Shown here in pieces: positions 12,816 through 28,268 of a DNA stretch of 64,000 nt. This stretch comes from the human T2T-CHM13v2.0 reference genome, Homo sapiens. Where the stretch lies: the NCBI RefSeq assembly GCF_009914755.1, contig NC_060944.1; one strand, written 5' to 3'. The position numbers and the translations under genes are program-made. The notes under the pieces were generated by a model that saw only the letters and a list, made by a program, of their open reading frames with translations, had not been told where the DNA came from and searched no databases. The stretch's first letter is position 1; every line of letters starts with the position of its first letter.

Positions 12816-14040
12816 TTAGAAGAGTACCCCGCTCCACAAAGGGAAGAGACAACACTACCATTTCTACTCCTTACCACTTGCTCTTCAGCACATCAACCAA
12901 TCTCTAACTGTTCATAAACCAAATCTAGTACAAAGAGTGGTTTTTAGTTTTGTCTTGTTTTATTTTTAAGATCTAACTAAGACAACAGTCACTGAGCATG
13001 CCAGGGACTCAAGCCTATGGACAAAGAATTCAGTGGCTCATGAAGAAACCAGTTCAAATCAGTTAACAGCCTAATTAGTGTTACAGCTACATTGACTCCC
13101 CCTTGCCACTATCAAAATACCCAACTTAGGACCGGCAGATAGACCGTTAGCATTTCCCAGATGCCCAGCCTTGCTGAACAGTGGTGCTCAGCTTTTTTCT
13201 CACTCCAGTATAAGGCAAGCTCCAGGGTGACCACTTAACAGCAACTCAGACTGTGAGACTCAAAAGTGTGCCCATAGAGAGAGGTGAGCATGCAAAAGAC
13301 CCTCAGACTGACGATCAGTGTATTCAGGGAAATCTGTCAACCTTTTGTTTATCTATGGATATAGCACCTCTAGTTCAAGGATCACATACTTCAAAATGCC
13401 TACAGAAGCCAAGTCAGTAATGTAAACATATAAAGTAGGCCCGGCAAGAGAAAACCACAGTAGGACAGTCATGTTCCATCTAAAGGCAAATAAAATATAT
13501 GCAGGACCAAAAAAAAAAAGATTTACAGACTGAATTTGCCATGCGGTCTTCTTCAGTTTGTGACCTCTATATCTGGTTCCCTACCAATATTTTTAAGATT
13601 AAAACAAAACCAAACCCTCAGGCTTAGAGAAGTTTGCAAATGTCCCAGGCCACTTGGTTGATTAACAGCAGACATGACAAGCACTGAGGTCTCTTGACTC
13701 CAAGGCCACATCCTCTGTGCTGTACCTTGCTGCAGCTCTTTATCTTAAGGGGAACTTCCTGGGTCTGGAGCCTGCAGGCACCAACAAAACCATAATACAA
13801 GAGGCCTTTGTTCATGAGCCAACAAAGCTCTCTCCTGGATTCAAGTGTGCCCAGTACTGGGCAACAGACATCTCAAACCAGGAGCACAGAATTGCTCTCT
13901 GCTCCCCCTTCAAACCTCAGGCAACTCGATCCTAAGATTTCAGTTTTATTGGCTCTTCACACCAACAGTGGATTAGCTTGCAGCAACCTAAACTGCTGTC
14001 TCAGAAGAGAAAAAAGAAAGGAAAAGAAAGGACTACTCAC

Positions 14041-14157
14041 TTGTTCAACCACATAAAATGCAAACTGCAGGCGCTGGCGCTGGAGCATGGGAAGCAGGTG
14101 TCTGAACAGGACTGGGAGGTGCTCGTGGCGGTTCCGGAAGGGGATAAGGATCGCCAC
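14041..14157 (-). CDS. B4GALT5: B4GALT5 exon 5 (117 bp): VAILIPFRNRHEHLPVLFRHLLPMLQRQRLQFAFYVVEQ
   Basis: ORF 13957..14157; GT7 PFRNR motif; acceptor ctccag|GTG, donor CAA|gtgagt. Confidence 0.98.
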
Positions 14158-15098
14158 CTGGAGTGGATTACAGCAAAAGAAGCACAGTTAGGACTCTCAG
14201 CTTTCACTCCTTAGCAGGACACCCCTGATGAATTGCTGACCAACCCATGGGAGTTCTGGGAGGCTGGCTATCTTGTCCTCAGCTTTCTCTAAACAAAGAT
14301 CTATGTTGGCAAGTTGGCCCTTGGACCTAGATGAATGTGATTCTTACATATACCATATCTTATAGTACATAGTAGGCCTATAATTTATTCTAGGCCATAA
14401 CTCATAGGAAAACACACATTCTACACTGTGACAAAAATACATCTATAAACTTACAATTAAAACAAGCTTCACAAAACAGTATTTCCCCTTACAATGTGCA
14501 ATGTACAAATGCTGGTTATTCAACTGTTTTTATTTCCCAGCGATGGGCTGGATACTGATGTGTTCCAGATCTGCTGCATCAGCAGCACTTAACGAGGCTG
14601 GCACAGAATACGCATTTTAATAGATACTTGTTGAAAGAATGGACTTCAGCTGGGGTCACAGCTTAACGAAAACTACTGATGTCTTCTGACTATGGTCAGG
14701 CAGAAAAAAACTAAATCTCAATGTCAAGCCAGGTAACTTTGCTTTTTAATCCACTAATCTTGTAGTAACCAATGGAGAACAGGAATGAAGCACTGACTCT
14801 GTAGATGACTTCTGCAAATGGGTCATTAGAGACCACCAACGCCCTCATCCCCTTGCTTTGTTAATATTCCTGGTGGGAAGACCAAAGGGTCTTGCTCGGT
14901 CATCAGAATAATGCAAATTTCTGTATCTACAAAAAGAGTCCTTGTGGAAACCCATTCCTCTAAAATGTTTCTACATTTGCATGGAATGGTAGGATGAAAA
15001 TGACAAAATGTCATGGTTAGCTAATCCCATGGTGATTCGGACCAAAGGCAAACCCCAGGTGGGCTTCTCAGCATTTTGGCTGTGACTTCACACCCTAC

Positions 15099-15223
15099 CT
15101 TCCACCGAGGCATGCAATCAGAAGGCTTCCAGTGACCTCCGAGCTTGATGGTTGGGTCTTTGGAGAAGAGTTCATGAATGTAATCCATTCCAATTTCACT
15201 CATGTTTATGTCTATTGGGCCCT
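15099..15223 (-). CDS. B4GALT5: B4GALT5 exon 4 (125 bp): (K)GPIDINMSEIGMDYIHELFSKDPTIKLGGHWKPSDCMPRWK
   Basis: Overlaps ORF 15021..15203; GT7 GG-W-P-C motif; acceptor gttcag|AG, donor AAG|gtaggg. Confidence 0.97.
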
Positions 15224-15494
15224 CTGAACAGAGACGGGGAAAAGGGATTAAGAGGTCAGAAAATGATAGGTTTCCCTATGCCTGGGGTTTTAGTCTCTGG
15301 AGAGCGCAATGCTTTTTCAGCTGAATTTGTTTTTAGCAAGGATGGAAGTCCCTTCCTCTGCTTTCCATCTCACCGTATTTCAGTTCCTCACTATTTTCAA
15401 GGTGAAGAGGCAAATCAAGGAATTAAGACTTTAGAGTTCTGCTTCTGTCAGGGGCCAGGTAGAAATGAAAACTTTAAGTAAAACAGTAGCTGAG

Positions 15495-15994
<500 letters not shown>

Positions 15995-16841
15995 TGAGCT
16001 TAGAGTCATGTCAGGTTTGCTCCTGATGCAAGTGCAGCCACACTACCTCTCTCAATCCATTCACCAGTGGGTCAGGACCCTGAGTGATTATGTCCTAACT
16101 CAGAATGCTGGTCATCTCTGACTTAAGTCAGGAAGTGGTACAGTAACAATCAATAAATGCTACTGAAACAATGAACTAATAACATTAGTTTTAGGCCTGT
16201 CAACGCCTATTTCTGATACACAAATCTCAGCCTTCCCAAACTAAGCTTACATCTAGATGCAGACAAATGCAGGTTTTAAAGGGAAAACCTATATATGTGT
16301 GGTGAGACATGCAAATGAAACAGTAAGGCTTCCAACACAACTTACATACTTATAATTAATTATTCATATATGGATGAGAATATGTTCAAATACCATGCAC
16401 GACTATTTCTAACATTTTCCCTATTTTCACTATATTTGTGCATAAAAGTCAACTTTGCAAATGTAAGATTTTCCTTTTCTTGATCTCACTTCTTAAAAAA
16501 AAACAATTTTAAAAAAAGAAGTGGGGAACCATATTAAGAAGCCTAAAAGTATAGGAAAGGTATAAGAGTTTACTGTCCTTGTTTTAGCTTACACGAGATT
16601 CAAAAAAAAGAACAAAAAGATCTAAGAATTGTTTTAACTAGCACTTTGTTAAGAAAATAACTTCCAAGCAAGGCATGGTGGCTCATGCCTGTAGTCCCAG
16701 CTTCTCAGGAGGCTGAGGCAGGACGATTGCTCCCTGAAGTTGGAGACCAGCCTGGGCAACATAGTGAGACCCCCACCTCTAAGATCAAGCACTACAATCA
16801 GTGAGAGGTTTATACTAAAAAGACAAAGCTGACTGCCTATA

Positions 16842-18252
<1,411 letters not shown>

Positions 18253-18536
18253 TATTCATACTTTCTCTAGGAAGTTCAAACAGAACCCAAGTTACAAAGG
18301 ACAGGCAAGGGCAAAGGGAAGAGTGAAAAAGTAGGAAAGGTAGAAAATGGCACCCAAGAACACAGGCAACCTTGCAGCAGGCTTTGAAGAGGAGCCAGGA
18401 GCACAACTTTCACAAACCCTGTTTCCAATGGCAGGGAGGTATTTATATTCTCTCTGCAGGCAGACAGAGAGATCAAGAGTGCCCTCCCCTTTATCCATTT
18501 TAAAAGCAGAGGAAGACAGGCCAGAGCTGTACTCAC

Positions 18537-18650
18537 TCATGGAAGGGAGTCTTTCAGGGCAGGTATGGTTTGCAAAGTAGGTGAAGTCTTCAGGAAGAAA
18601 TGTTGTAGTTTGCAGGAAGGTTTCACTGTGGTTCAAGTCAAGAGGATAAT
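18537..18650 (-). CDS. B4GALT5: B4GALT5 exon 3 (114 bp): (D)YPLDLNHSETFLQTTTFLPEDFTYFANHTCPERLPSM(K)
   Basis: Overlaps ORF 18292..18636; acceptor ccctag|AT, donor ATGA|gtgagt; phase continues from exon 2. Confidence 0.97.
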
Positions 18651-19204
18651 CTAGGGAGGTAAAGGAAAAAAGTCGATCAGACTGGTATGTGTGATCAACC
18701 GTGCAATTATCAGATGCCTACCAAGTAAGTCTTTCTCTTAGCTATCATCTTGGTAGAAGGAGACAGGACTCTGGACTACCGCTTTGATGCAGCTAAAAAT
18801 GTGAACCCATCAATAAAAATGTCAGCCAAATGGCAGATTTTAACCAGTGTTCCTATTCCTATTGATTTTATAGGTTTATATGCAGCACTCAGTTTACAGT
18901 CAACTGTAATTAAATGTAATTTTAAAAACAGCAGTTGCCCTCCTCTCATTTCTGTTTTCTAAAGGAACCACTTGCCCTTCTTTTGGCCAAGTATCTCAGC
19001 ATTTATATGCAGTATTCACCTCTGTCAGCCTCTACGGCTGGTCGTGATGTTTCTGTTTTCAGTCTTACCTACCGACCTCCCACTTATCCCCTTCCTTCTG
19101 CCACCCCTGCCACACGATCCCCTTCCATTCCCCAGTCTCCCATCGGTCACATATCATAGCTGTGGTTAGGACAATCTTCAGTCTTTGTATTACGATGCTG
19201 CTGT

Positions 19205-20290
19205 TAAGTACTAGTCGTCGCTGAGAAATGTGGAAAGTTATGCATCTTGTTTTTCTGTTTGCTCAGTTTTATATGCAATGATTCTAATTCAACACTACGC
19301 CTTTCACCAAGACATTTCCTCCTAAGACATACATTAGGTATTCTCTCAACTTCATCCTCCCAGAGGAGGTGTGGCAGCTTCTGGCCTTCTTCCATGCCAA
19401 ATGTGCTTGGGGGGAGGTATTCTCTCGGTGATGATTCCTCCCTTCTGTACTCTGTGCTGCCTTTCTGGAGAATACAGAACAGGAGTTGGATGTGAGACCT
19501 CCCAGTCCTCTGTCTCATCTTTTCTATCCAGTTTTCCGTCTTGCCATTTATCTGCCCTACTTTCCAAGAGATTTCCTCAACTTTACTCAACCTTCCTTTA
19601 ATCATCATCTCTGCTATCATATTTTTTAACTTTGAAGAGCTCTTGTTTCCTGAATGTTCATTTCTTACTATATTCTTGTTTCATGTTTGCAGTCATTTTT
19701 CTCTTATTGGTATCTCCAGTGTCAATATCTTTGGGTCTTTTCTCCTGGTCTGACCAGATTCTCCAGAGAAATCCACTCGAATCTCCTGCCAGAATGGTAG
19801 AGTCCTGACTATAAACATCCTGAAACTAAGAAAGAAGAGAAAGAGGCTGGGGCATATGTAATCCCCATCTTTTCAAATACTGTGGTCATGCCAGGTATCC
19901 CCAGGTTGAGGAGCCTCTGTTTTGCCATCTCTGGGGTTATTAAGTCTCCAGCTCTTGCCAGGATGGGGAAATGGGTCTGGGTATCTGACTGCTTTTTAAC
20001 AGCTTTCAATCTCCCTTTATTTTAGTTGCCACCTTTGCTCCTACTTCCCATATTGCTAGTTCCTGAGCTTCTGGGGGATCCTGGGGTGGTTGCTGGTTCT
20101 CCTGTTGCTGCTTTGAGCAGTCACTTTTCTTGGGTTTGTTAAGTCTTTTATCAGTGGTTCTTCTGCTTTCTACCTACCAAGGTTTTTTGCTGTGGTCTCC
20201 TTTTGTGTTCTCATTCTCAAGGGTTTATAATTTAAAAACCCTCACATATGTATGCCCCTTTAGAGTCACGTTAGTGGATATGAAGAGTGT
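19205..20290 (-). mobile_element. Ancient L1M/HAL1-like 5'/ORF1 remnant
   Basis: Purine-rich minus strand; ORF 19204..19620 resembles a degraded L1 ORF1 coiled coil. Confidence 0.5.
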
Positions 20291-20790
20291 GATGGCAGAT
20301 GTCTTTTTCCTAGGGGACTGTACTTGTAGAGTAGGAGGAGGGTCCTCCAACCTCATTTTCTACAGATGAATAACTGGAACAACATACACAGAACTCAGAC
20401 CAGGAGCCCTGGCTAATGCATGACAGAGCTCCGACTAAACTCTGAATGAGAGATCCTTCCAGTATACTGTATTGTTTTTATTTTTTTCACAGAATATTAA
20501 ATCCTTTTGGATCCATGCTGATTCTATGAAAATTAAAACATCCTGTTCAAATTCACTTTGTACCCTAGAATTCTAGAATCTTCAACTAAGATATTTTTGA
20601 AAAAGCACTATGAGCAGGTTTCCAAGAATCAAATGGCTAACACATTGAATCCTTTTATATATGCCCACGGCTGCCTACTCTGCGCTGCCTACTCTGCAAG
20701 TACTCTGGGGCAAAATTCAACGAGAGGCAACTTGAAAATTTTAACAGTGTCTTAACAAGGGAAGGAACAGAATGCTTTCTGTCCTTTTCA

Positions 20791-21172
<382 letters not shown>

Positions 21173-21947
21173 CATGAACCAAGACAGAACCTTAAAGATA
21201 ATATTTACACAGAAATTCACTGAGCTCAGCTCATACATGCAAACCTGGCCTGGGTTGAATCTTCTTCTGAAGGTAGTAACTACTTCAAAAATCTATGTGA
21301 AGAACCCCTCATCCTAATTATTACTCTGGATGAATCTAATAGATGAAATTATTCTCCTTTAGAAAAAAATTAAAAGACCTCACAAGTAATAGAAAATGTG
21401 CCTGTGTTTGTGATACGCCCATGTGTGGCAAGAGACGCTGGCTGGAAACATGTATTGGCACAGTCAATACATTCACTAGAAGGCAATGAAATTCCCAAAA
21501 GTATTACACTAAGTATATTTTCATAAACAAATCAACAAAAACGAAGATAATAATCATTCTGGTCAATGACTGACCCAAGCCCTAGAGCTAGAACCTAATC
21601 AGGAAACTAGAATTTAAAAAACATGAGGCAAGAGACAAGATATCACTAACTCTAATGATTCTACTATTTGGAGTTTCTTTGAAGATAGATAAATTCCTTT
21701 CTACTTCCTTCAAACAATGATACAGTAAGCCTGGTAGCAACTAGCATGAAACAAAAAAAAAGCATTTATTTTTCTTCTGATTACTAAATTAATAATATGT
21801 CACTGTTTTAAGAATCCTCAAATACACAACAACTCTATTGCAAAAATCTTCCAGAAACTTACTCTACATCTTGGGAGGGGTGGCTTAATTTCCTGATTTC
21901 TTGTTTAAAAATTTTTAAATAAAACTTTAATTAAAATAAAGTCTACT

Positions 21948-22232
<285 letters not shown>

Positions 22233-22581
22233 TCAGTAGCAATAGAGGCCTTTTAAAATGAAAGAGACAGAGGAAATTAATTGCTCACGACCTGGTAAAA
22301 CTATGTGCAGTTATCGTGAGGAGCCCTTGTTTTTCTCCCCTGCTAGCTGTCCAGCAACGGGTGGGGTTATACCTTATCCCCTTGGAGTTCCAAATATAAC
22401 TTCTTACTCTTCTAAAGCATGTACCTACTGAATGAGGAAAATGCTGAGAGAAAAACAAGCCTGTTGAATTTCTACAGCCACAGTTTTACTTTTTAATTTA
22501 AATCTAATCTATTTCAAACCTGGACATGTTCTTGAAGGGCAAAGAAGGCAGCTGCTTTTACATTTAGAAAATGGAAAAACA

Positions 22582-23209
<628 letters not shown>

Positions 23210-23296
23210 CTACAGGTTCAAATGGCTACTGATATCATGGGCTTGCAGACCAACATTTCTGTCCAACAGCAACTGCTTATTCAGCATTGCTTCACA

Positions 23297-23775
23297 CCAG
23301 TGGTTCAGCAGCCTTGGTTGCACATTGGAATCATCTAAGAAGCTTTCAAAAATCCTAACACCAGGCCGGGTGTGGTGGCTCATGCCTGTAATCCCAGCAC
23401 TTTGGGAGGCCGAGGTGAGCAGATCACTTGAAGCCAGGAGTTTCAGACCAGCCTGGGCAACATGATGAAACCTCATCTCTACTAAAAATACAAAAATTAG
23501 CCGGGGGTGGTGGCACCCACCTGGTGTCCCAGCTACTCAGGAGGTTGAGGCAGGAGAATCACTTGAATCTAGGAGGCGGAGGTTGCAGTGAGCTGAGATG
23601 GTGCCACTGCAGTCCAGCCTGGGTGACAGAGCAAGACTGTCTCAAAACAAAAACAAACAAACAAAATTCTAACATTCAGGCTATACCTCAGGCCAATTAA
23701 ATAAGAATCGCTAGCAGTCAGGCACAGACATCAGTACTTTGGAAACGTCCTTGGGAATTCCAATGTATAGCTAAG
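23297..23775. mobile_element. MER5A hAT element interrupted by an AluS (23363-23665, +)
   Basis: ccagtggttcagcagccttggttgcacattggaatca...ttccaatgtatagctaagc. Confidence 0.7.
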
Positions 23776-24638
23776 CTTGGTATTGCTACCCTAATACCTG
23801 GAGGAGGTAAAAACCTGCCTTCTCCCTTGTGTTACCAAATCCAGTTGAGAAGGAATCGAAAGTGCTGACCAATGGACCCCAGCAAGAATCACCACTTTCC
23901 CCTCCCATTTGAGAAAAGACCAAACACTTGCCTCTCTGCTTGAAAAAAATATGGAAATTTATATATACTAGAAAGATGCCACTGGGACAAATATCTGTGA
24001 AATATAAAGAATTAGCATTCTTCAAGAGTTAGTCCATTAAAGGATGACTACCTACTGGGAGGGTAGCCACATCGAAGACTACAGACTGGACATCTAAAAC
24101 CACCGAGAAAGAGGTGAAGATGACCCACTCCATTAATAGATTACAAAGCACACCAGCATGACTTTACTCACTCTGCAGATTCACAATCTCACAAACCAAT
24201 GGCTTTCAGTGACAACAGGAAGCTTCTCCTGGTCACCACTTCAGGTTTATTTCCAGGTTCACAGACCCCATCCCCAAAAGTCTGTTTTCATTCACTAATC
24301 ACCATGTTGCTTTTAAACTTAAAGAAAACCAGCATGACTTAAATGTCACCCTGGGCTTTTGAGCTATGCTTGGCCTAATGCAGATGCCTGAATGTGGGTA
24401 TGTGCCTCAGCATTATTTCAGCAGAGGATGGTGCATAATCCAGGTTACCACCATTAAGCCAACAGTGCTCCAGGCAGAAGTGGTCGGGCCAGAGGTGTCA
24501 GTCATTTGGCTGTCTCAGCAGTGCTGGGCCCAGAATACCCTCTCTGACTGTGCTAGGTAGACAACTGCTTTGAAATGAAGAAGAATGATGGGTTTTCATT
24601 AAATACACTTTCAGTGAAATGCTATTTTCTTTTCAGTA

Positions 24639-24882
24639 CAGGTTGAGTATCCCCTTATCTGAAATGCTTAGGACCAGAAGTGTTTCAGATTTCTGATTTT
24701 TTAGGATTTTGGAATATCTGCATTATACTTACCAGTTGATCAACCCCAATCTAAAAATCCGAAATCTGCAATGCTCCATTGAGTATTTTTTTCAAGTGTC
24801 GTGTTGGCACTCAAGGTTTCATCATGTGTGGATTCTGGAGCAGTCTGGAGTTGGTATTTTCTGATTGGGGATGCTCAACCTG
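24639..24882. mobile_element. Tigger4a (Zombi)-type MITE
   Basis: TIRs caggttgagtatccc / gggatgctcaacctg with TA duplication. Confidence 0.85.
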
Positions 24883-26391
24883 TACTTACTCGCCAAAGAT
24901 GTGCCAGTGACACAGCAGCTCCACAAGATGGTGACCTCCTTAGAAACATGCTACAACACTTAAGACGTGCTTTCTTGTTAAATTCATTCCTTCATGCATA
25001 CAAAAATAACTTACCAAGTGCTTCCTATGTGCGAGGCAGTGTATAAGGTACTAAGGATACAAAGATGACAAAAGGAATGAAGCCATTACTGCGATTCAGG
25101 GCACAGGCCCTGGAGTCAGAGAATCAGCAAACCCTAACCCTGCTGCTGCATCAAGTTCCATGACTTCCATGTGCCTTGTTCCTTTTATCCCTACAATGGG
25201 GACACAGTAGCTACCTTCTGGGTTCTTGTGAGGGACTACATGAAATCATGTAAGTCAAGTATCTAATAAACAGTAAGAGAGTCCCTGATGGCACAGACTT
25301 CCAATCTATTAGAGAAATAAACACGTTTAACAAAAAATAGATTGTTCTAACCAGAGAGATGCAAGGAAAAGGTATTTGGGTGTATGATAATTTGAGAATA
25401 AAAGTACACCAAGTTCAATAATAACGGGTCACTGGATACACCCTCCAAGGGTGAAACTCACCTCTGTACTCAGTTTTCAAAGACAGCAACTCAGGAAGTA
25501 GCGCAATCCTGTGTTGCCAGACCGGCAGTGGTGTGGAAATGGGGTCCTGCTGCATGCCCCTCTAACTTCTGAGAGAACTGCCAGTACTGCCAAATGCCCA
25601 GAGAGACAGATATTCCAGCCTCATCTAACACTGCAGAAGTATGACATCTGGACTGGATAAATGTCATGAGGACACAAATGTTCCCTTACTCAGTGCTATA
25701 CAGGGGAGAGCGCTCTGGAAGGGCAGTCAGTACTGCCTCGTTTCTTCACCTAACTAGAAGCAGGATTTTGGCAGGGTTTAGGGAAAGAGTCACATGATCA
25801 AGCTGCGCCATCTTCCCCAAGATTATATGTACTATGTGTGAAAAATGCAAACAGCATAAAATTCTGCCTTAACTGACAGAGCCACATGAGTCGAGTGAGA
25901 ATGTGTGTGCGGATTGTGCAAAACCTACCACCACATGCAAGACGGAAACTGCAGGGTTTCCTCTCCCAGGTATGGTTCAGAGCTCAGGTAACTTGACCCA
26001 GTGCGACCACAATTTGTCTAAAAAGCTCTGAAATGTCATTCACTTGTTCTTTGCCAACAAGAAAGTATCAAAAGTTTATCAGTTTGCTAACTACAGTCCT
26101 CTGTTGCTAAAGTGGACGGCAAAGGAAACTGATAAATTAGGATGTGGTCAATTCTTTTAAGGAGAGGCAATTCTTTTAAGAGAGGCAATGCTTTCTCTTG
26201 ATTTTCTAAGCGCCACAGAATAATTCGCATTTGCAACATTTGCAAAGCAATTTCACATTCGACAGTGAACTTCCAAAAATCTTGTAACTTATTAGAGAAG
26301 AAGAGAGGACTGATTTAGAGGGAGAATTTTTTTTTAAATGTAAGTATTTTAAAATATTGGGCTTAGACGAAATCATTAAGAAGCCATAGGA

Positions 26392-27020
26392 GGCTGGGTA
26401 TGGTGGCTCATGCCTATAATCTTAGCACTTCGGGAGGCCAAGGCAGGTGGATCGCTTAAGCTCAGGAGTACAAGACCAGACTGGGCAACATGGTGAAAGC
26501 CGTGTCTACAAAAAATACAAAAATTAGCCATGTCTACAAACAATACAAAAAATGAGCCACGGTGGCTCACACCTTTAATCCTAGCACTTTGGGAGGACGA
26601 GGCAGGAGAATCACTTGAGCCTGGGAGGTCAAGGCTGCAGTGAGCCAAGATCATGCCATTGCACTCCAGCCTGGGAGACAAACTTAGATGCCATCTCAAG
26701 AGAATAAAAAAAAAAGCTCGGGCACAGTGGTTCATGTCTGTAATCCCAACACTTTGGGAGGCCGAGGCAGGCGGATCACCTGAGGTCAGGAGTTTGAGAC
26801 CAGCCCGGCCAACATGGCGAAACCCCGTCTCTACTAAAAATACAAAAGTTAGCCAGGTATGGTGGCGCACACCTGTAACCCCAGCTACTCGGGAGGCTGA
26901 GGCAGGAGAATCAGTTGAACCCGGGAGGTGGAGGTTACAGTGAGCCGAGATTAACACCACTGCACTCCAGCCTGGGTGACAAGAGCAAAACTCCATCTCA
27001 AAAAAACCCAAACAAACCCA
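26392..27020 (+). mobile_element. Two adjacent Alus (AluJ-like, then AluS)
   Basis: Alu consensus; source of the 211-aa artefact ORF. Confidence 0.88.
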
Positions 27021-27212
27021 GAAAGCACATTAGTCCTCAGTTACAGAAATGAGGCGAATCATGAATCCTTAGTAAGATGAAATCTCAGAATCTATTTTTT
27101 AAATAAAAACCATCCCTGGCTGGACTAGAGAGGCCTCAAGAGAGTCCCACTTAATCATGTGGAAGTATTACTTCCTTCCTGTATTCAGTTTTTGAAAGAG
27201 TTGAAAAGAAAG

Positions 27213-27512
27213 AGCCCTGGCACAGTGGCTTATGCCTGTAGTCCCAGCACTTTGGGAGGCCGAGGCAGGCAGATCACTTGAGGTCAGGAGTTCAAGACCA
27301 ACATGGCCAACATGGTGAAACCCCATCTCTACTAAAAATACAAAAATTAGCCAGGCATGGTGGCATGCTCCTGTAATCCCAGCTACTCAGGAGGCTGAGG
27401 CACGAGTATCACTTGAACTGGGGAAGTGGAGGTTGCAGTGAGCCGAAATCACCCGTTGCATGCCAGCCTGGATGACAGGAGCAAAACTCCGTCTCAAAAA
27501 AAAAAAAAAAAA
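27213..27512 (+). mobile_element. AluS SINE
   Basis: Dimer with poly-A. Confidence 0.9.
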
Positions 27513-27544
27513 GAAGTAGTCATCCAGTCACTCTTAATGTATTA

Positions 27545-27953
27545 TGCTATAGTTTAAATGTCTGTCCCCTGCACACCTCATGCTGAAATGTAATCCCCAA
27601 TGATGGAGGTGGGGCCTACAGGAGGTGTTTGGTTCACAGGGGCAGATCCCTCACAAATGGCTTGCTGCTGTTGCGGTAGGTTCTCCTCTATTAGCTCCCA
27701 CAAGAGCTGGTTGTTAAGAAGAGCCTGGCCCTGCCCTCCTCTCACCTGCCACATTGCTTCCTCTCACCATACACACAGGCTTCCCCTTCCCCTTCCACCA
27801 AGAGTGGAAGCAGCCTGAGGCCCTCACCAGAAGCAGACGCTGGCATCACACTTCTTGAATAGTCTGCAGAACCATAAGCCAAATAAATCCTTTTTCTTTG
27901 TAAATTATCCAACCTCAAGTACTCTTTTATAGCAACACAAACAGACTGAGTCA
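27545..27953 (+). mobile_element. MST-family (ERVL-MaLR) solo LTR
   Basis: TG...CA termini, tgctatagtttaaatgtctgtcccc start, agccaaataaa near the end, 5-bp TSD tatta / tattg. Confidence 0.85.
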
Positions 27954-28133
27954 TATTGTTAACAAAAATGAACGAGGATTCATTTGGCAAGAGCTTTTTT
28001 AGCAGTAAAGTAAAACTCAGCCAAATCCCTCTTTTACAATGCGCTTTTCCCATTGAAAATAATTATTGCAACCGAATTTACCTCTCTTGGGAGGAGACAT
28101 TCTAATCAGACCACCTCTTTACTAAAAATATAC

Positions 28134-28268
28134 CTGAGTCATTTACACTGCTGTTCCTCTTGGCATAAGCACTCCGAAGCACCTGCTCATAAACCTGAGC
28201 ACCGATTGTTCTCACGTTGTCCCGGATCAGAATGCCTTGGGCTTGCATCATGAAGAGGTAGGTGTTCA
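28134..28268 (-). CDS. B4GALT5: B4GALT5 exon 2 (135 bp, phase 1-1): (V)NTYLFMMQAQGILIRDNVRTIGAQVYEQVLRSAYAKRNSSVNDS(D), luminal stem region
   Basis: Manual minus-strand translation matches the recalled B4GALT5 sequence; acceptor ttttgctttctgcag|TG, donor CAG|gtatat; not in the ORF track. Confidence 0.96.

Noticed and set aside
19204-19620. 138-aa minus-strand ORF
   Set aside because: Resembles a decayed L1 ORF1-type remnant; no splice or start context supporting a gene
26376-27011. 211-aa ORF and the many similar ORFs ([18 protein letters not shown])
   Set aside because: Translations of Alu sequence
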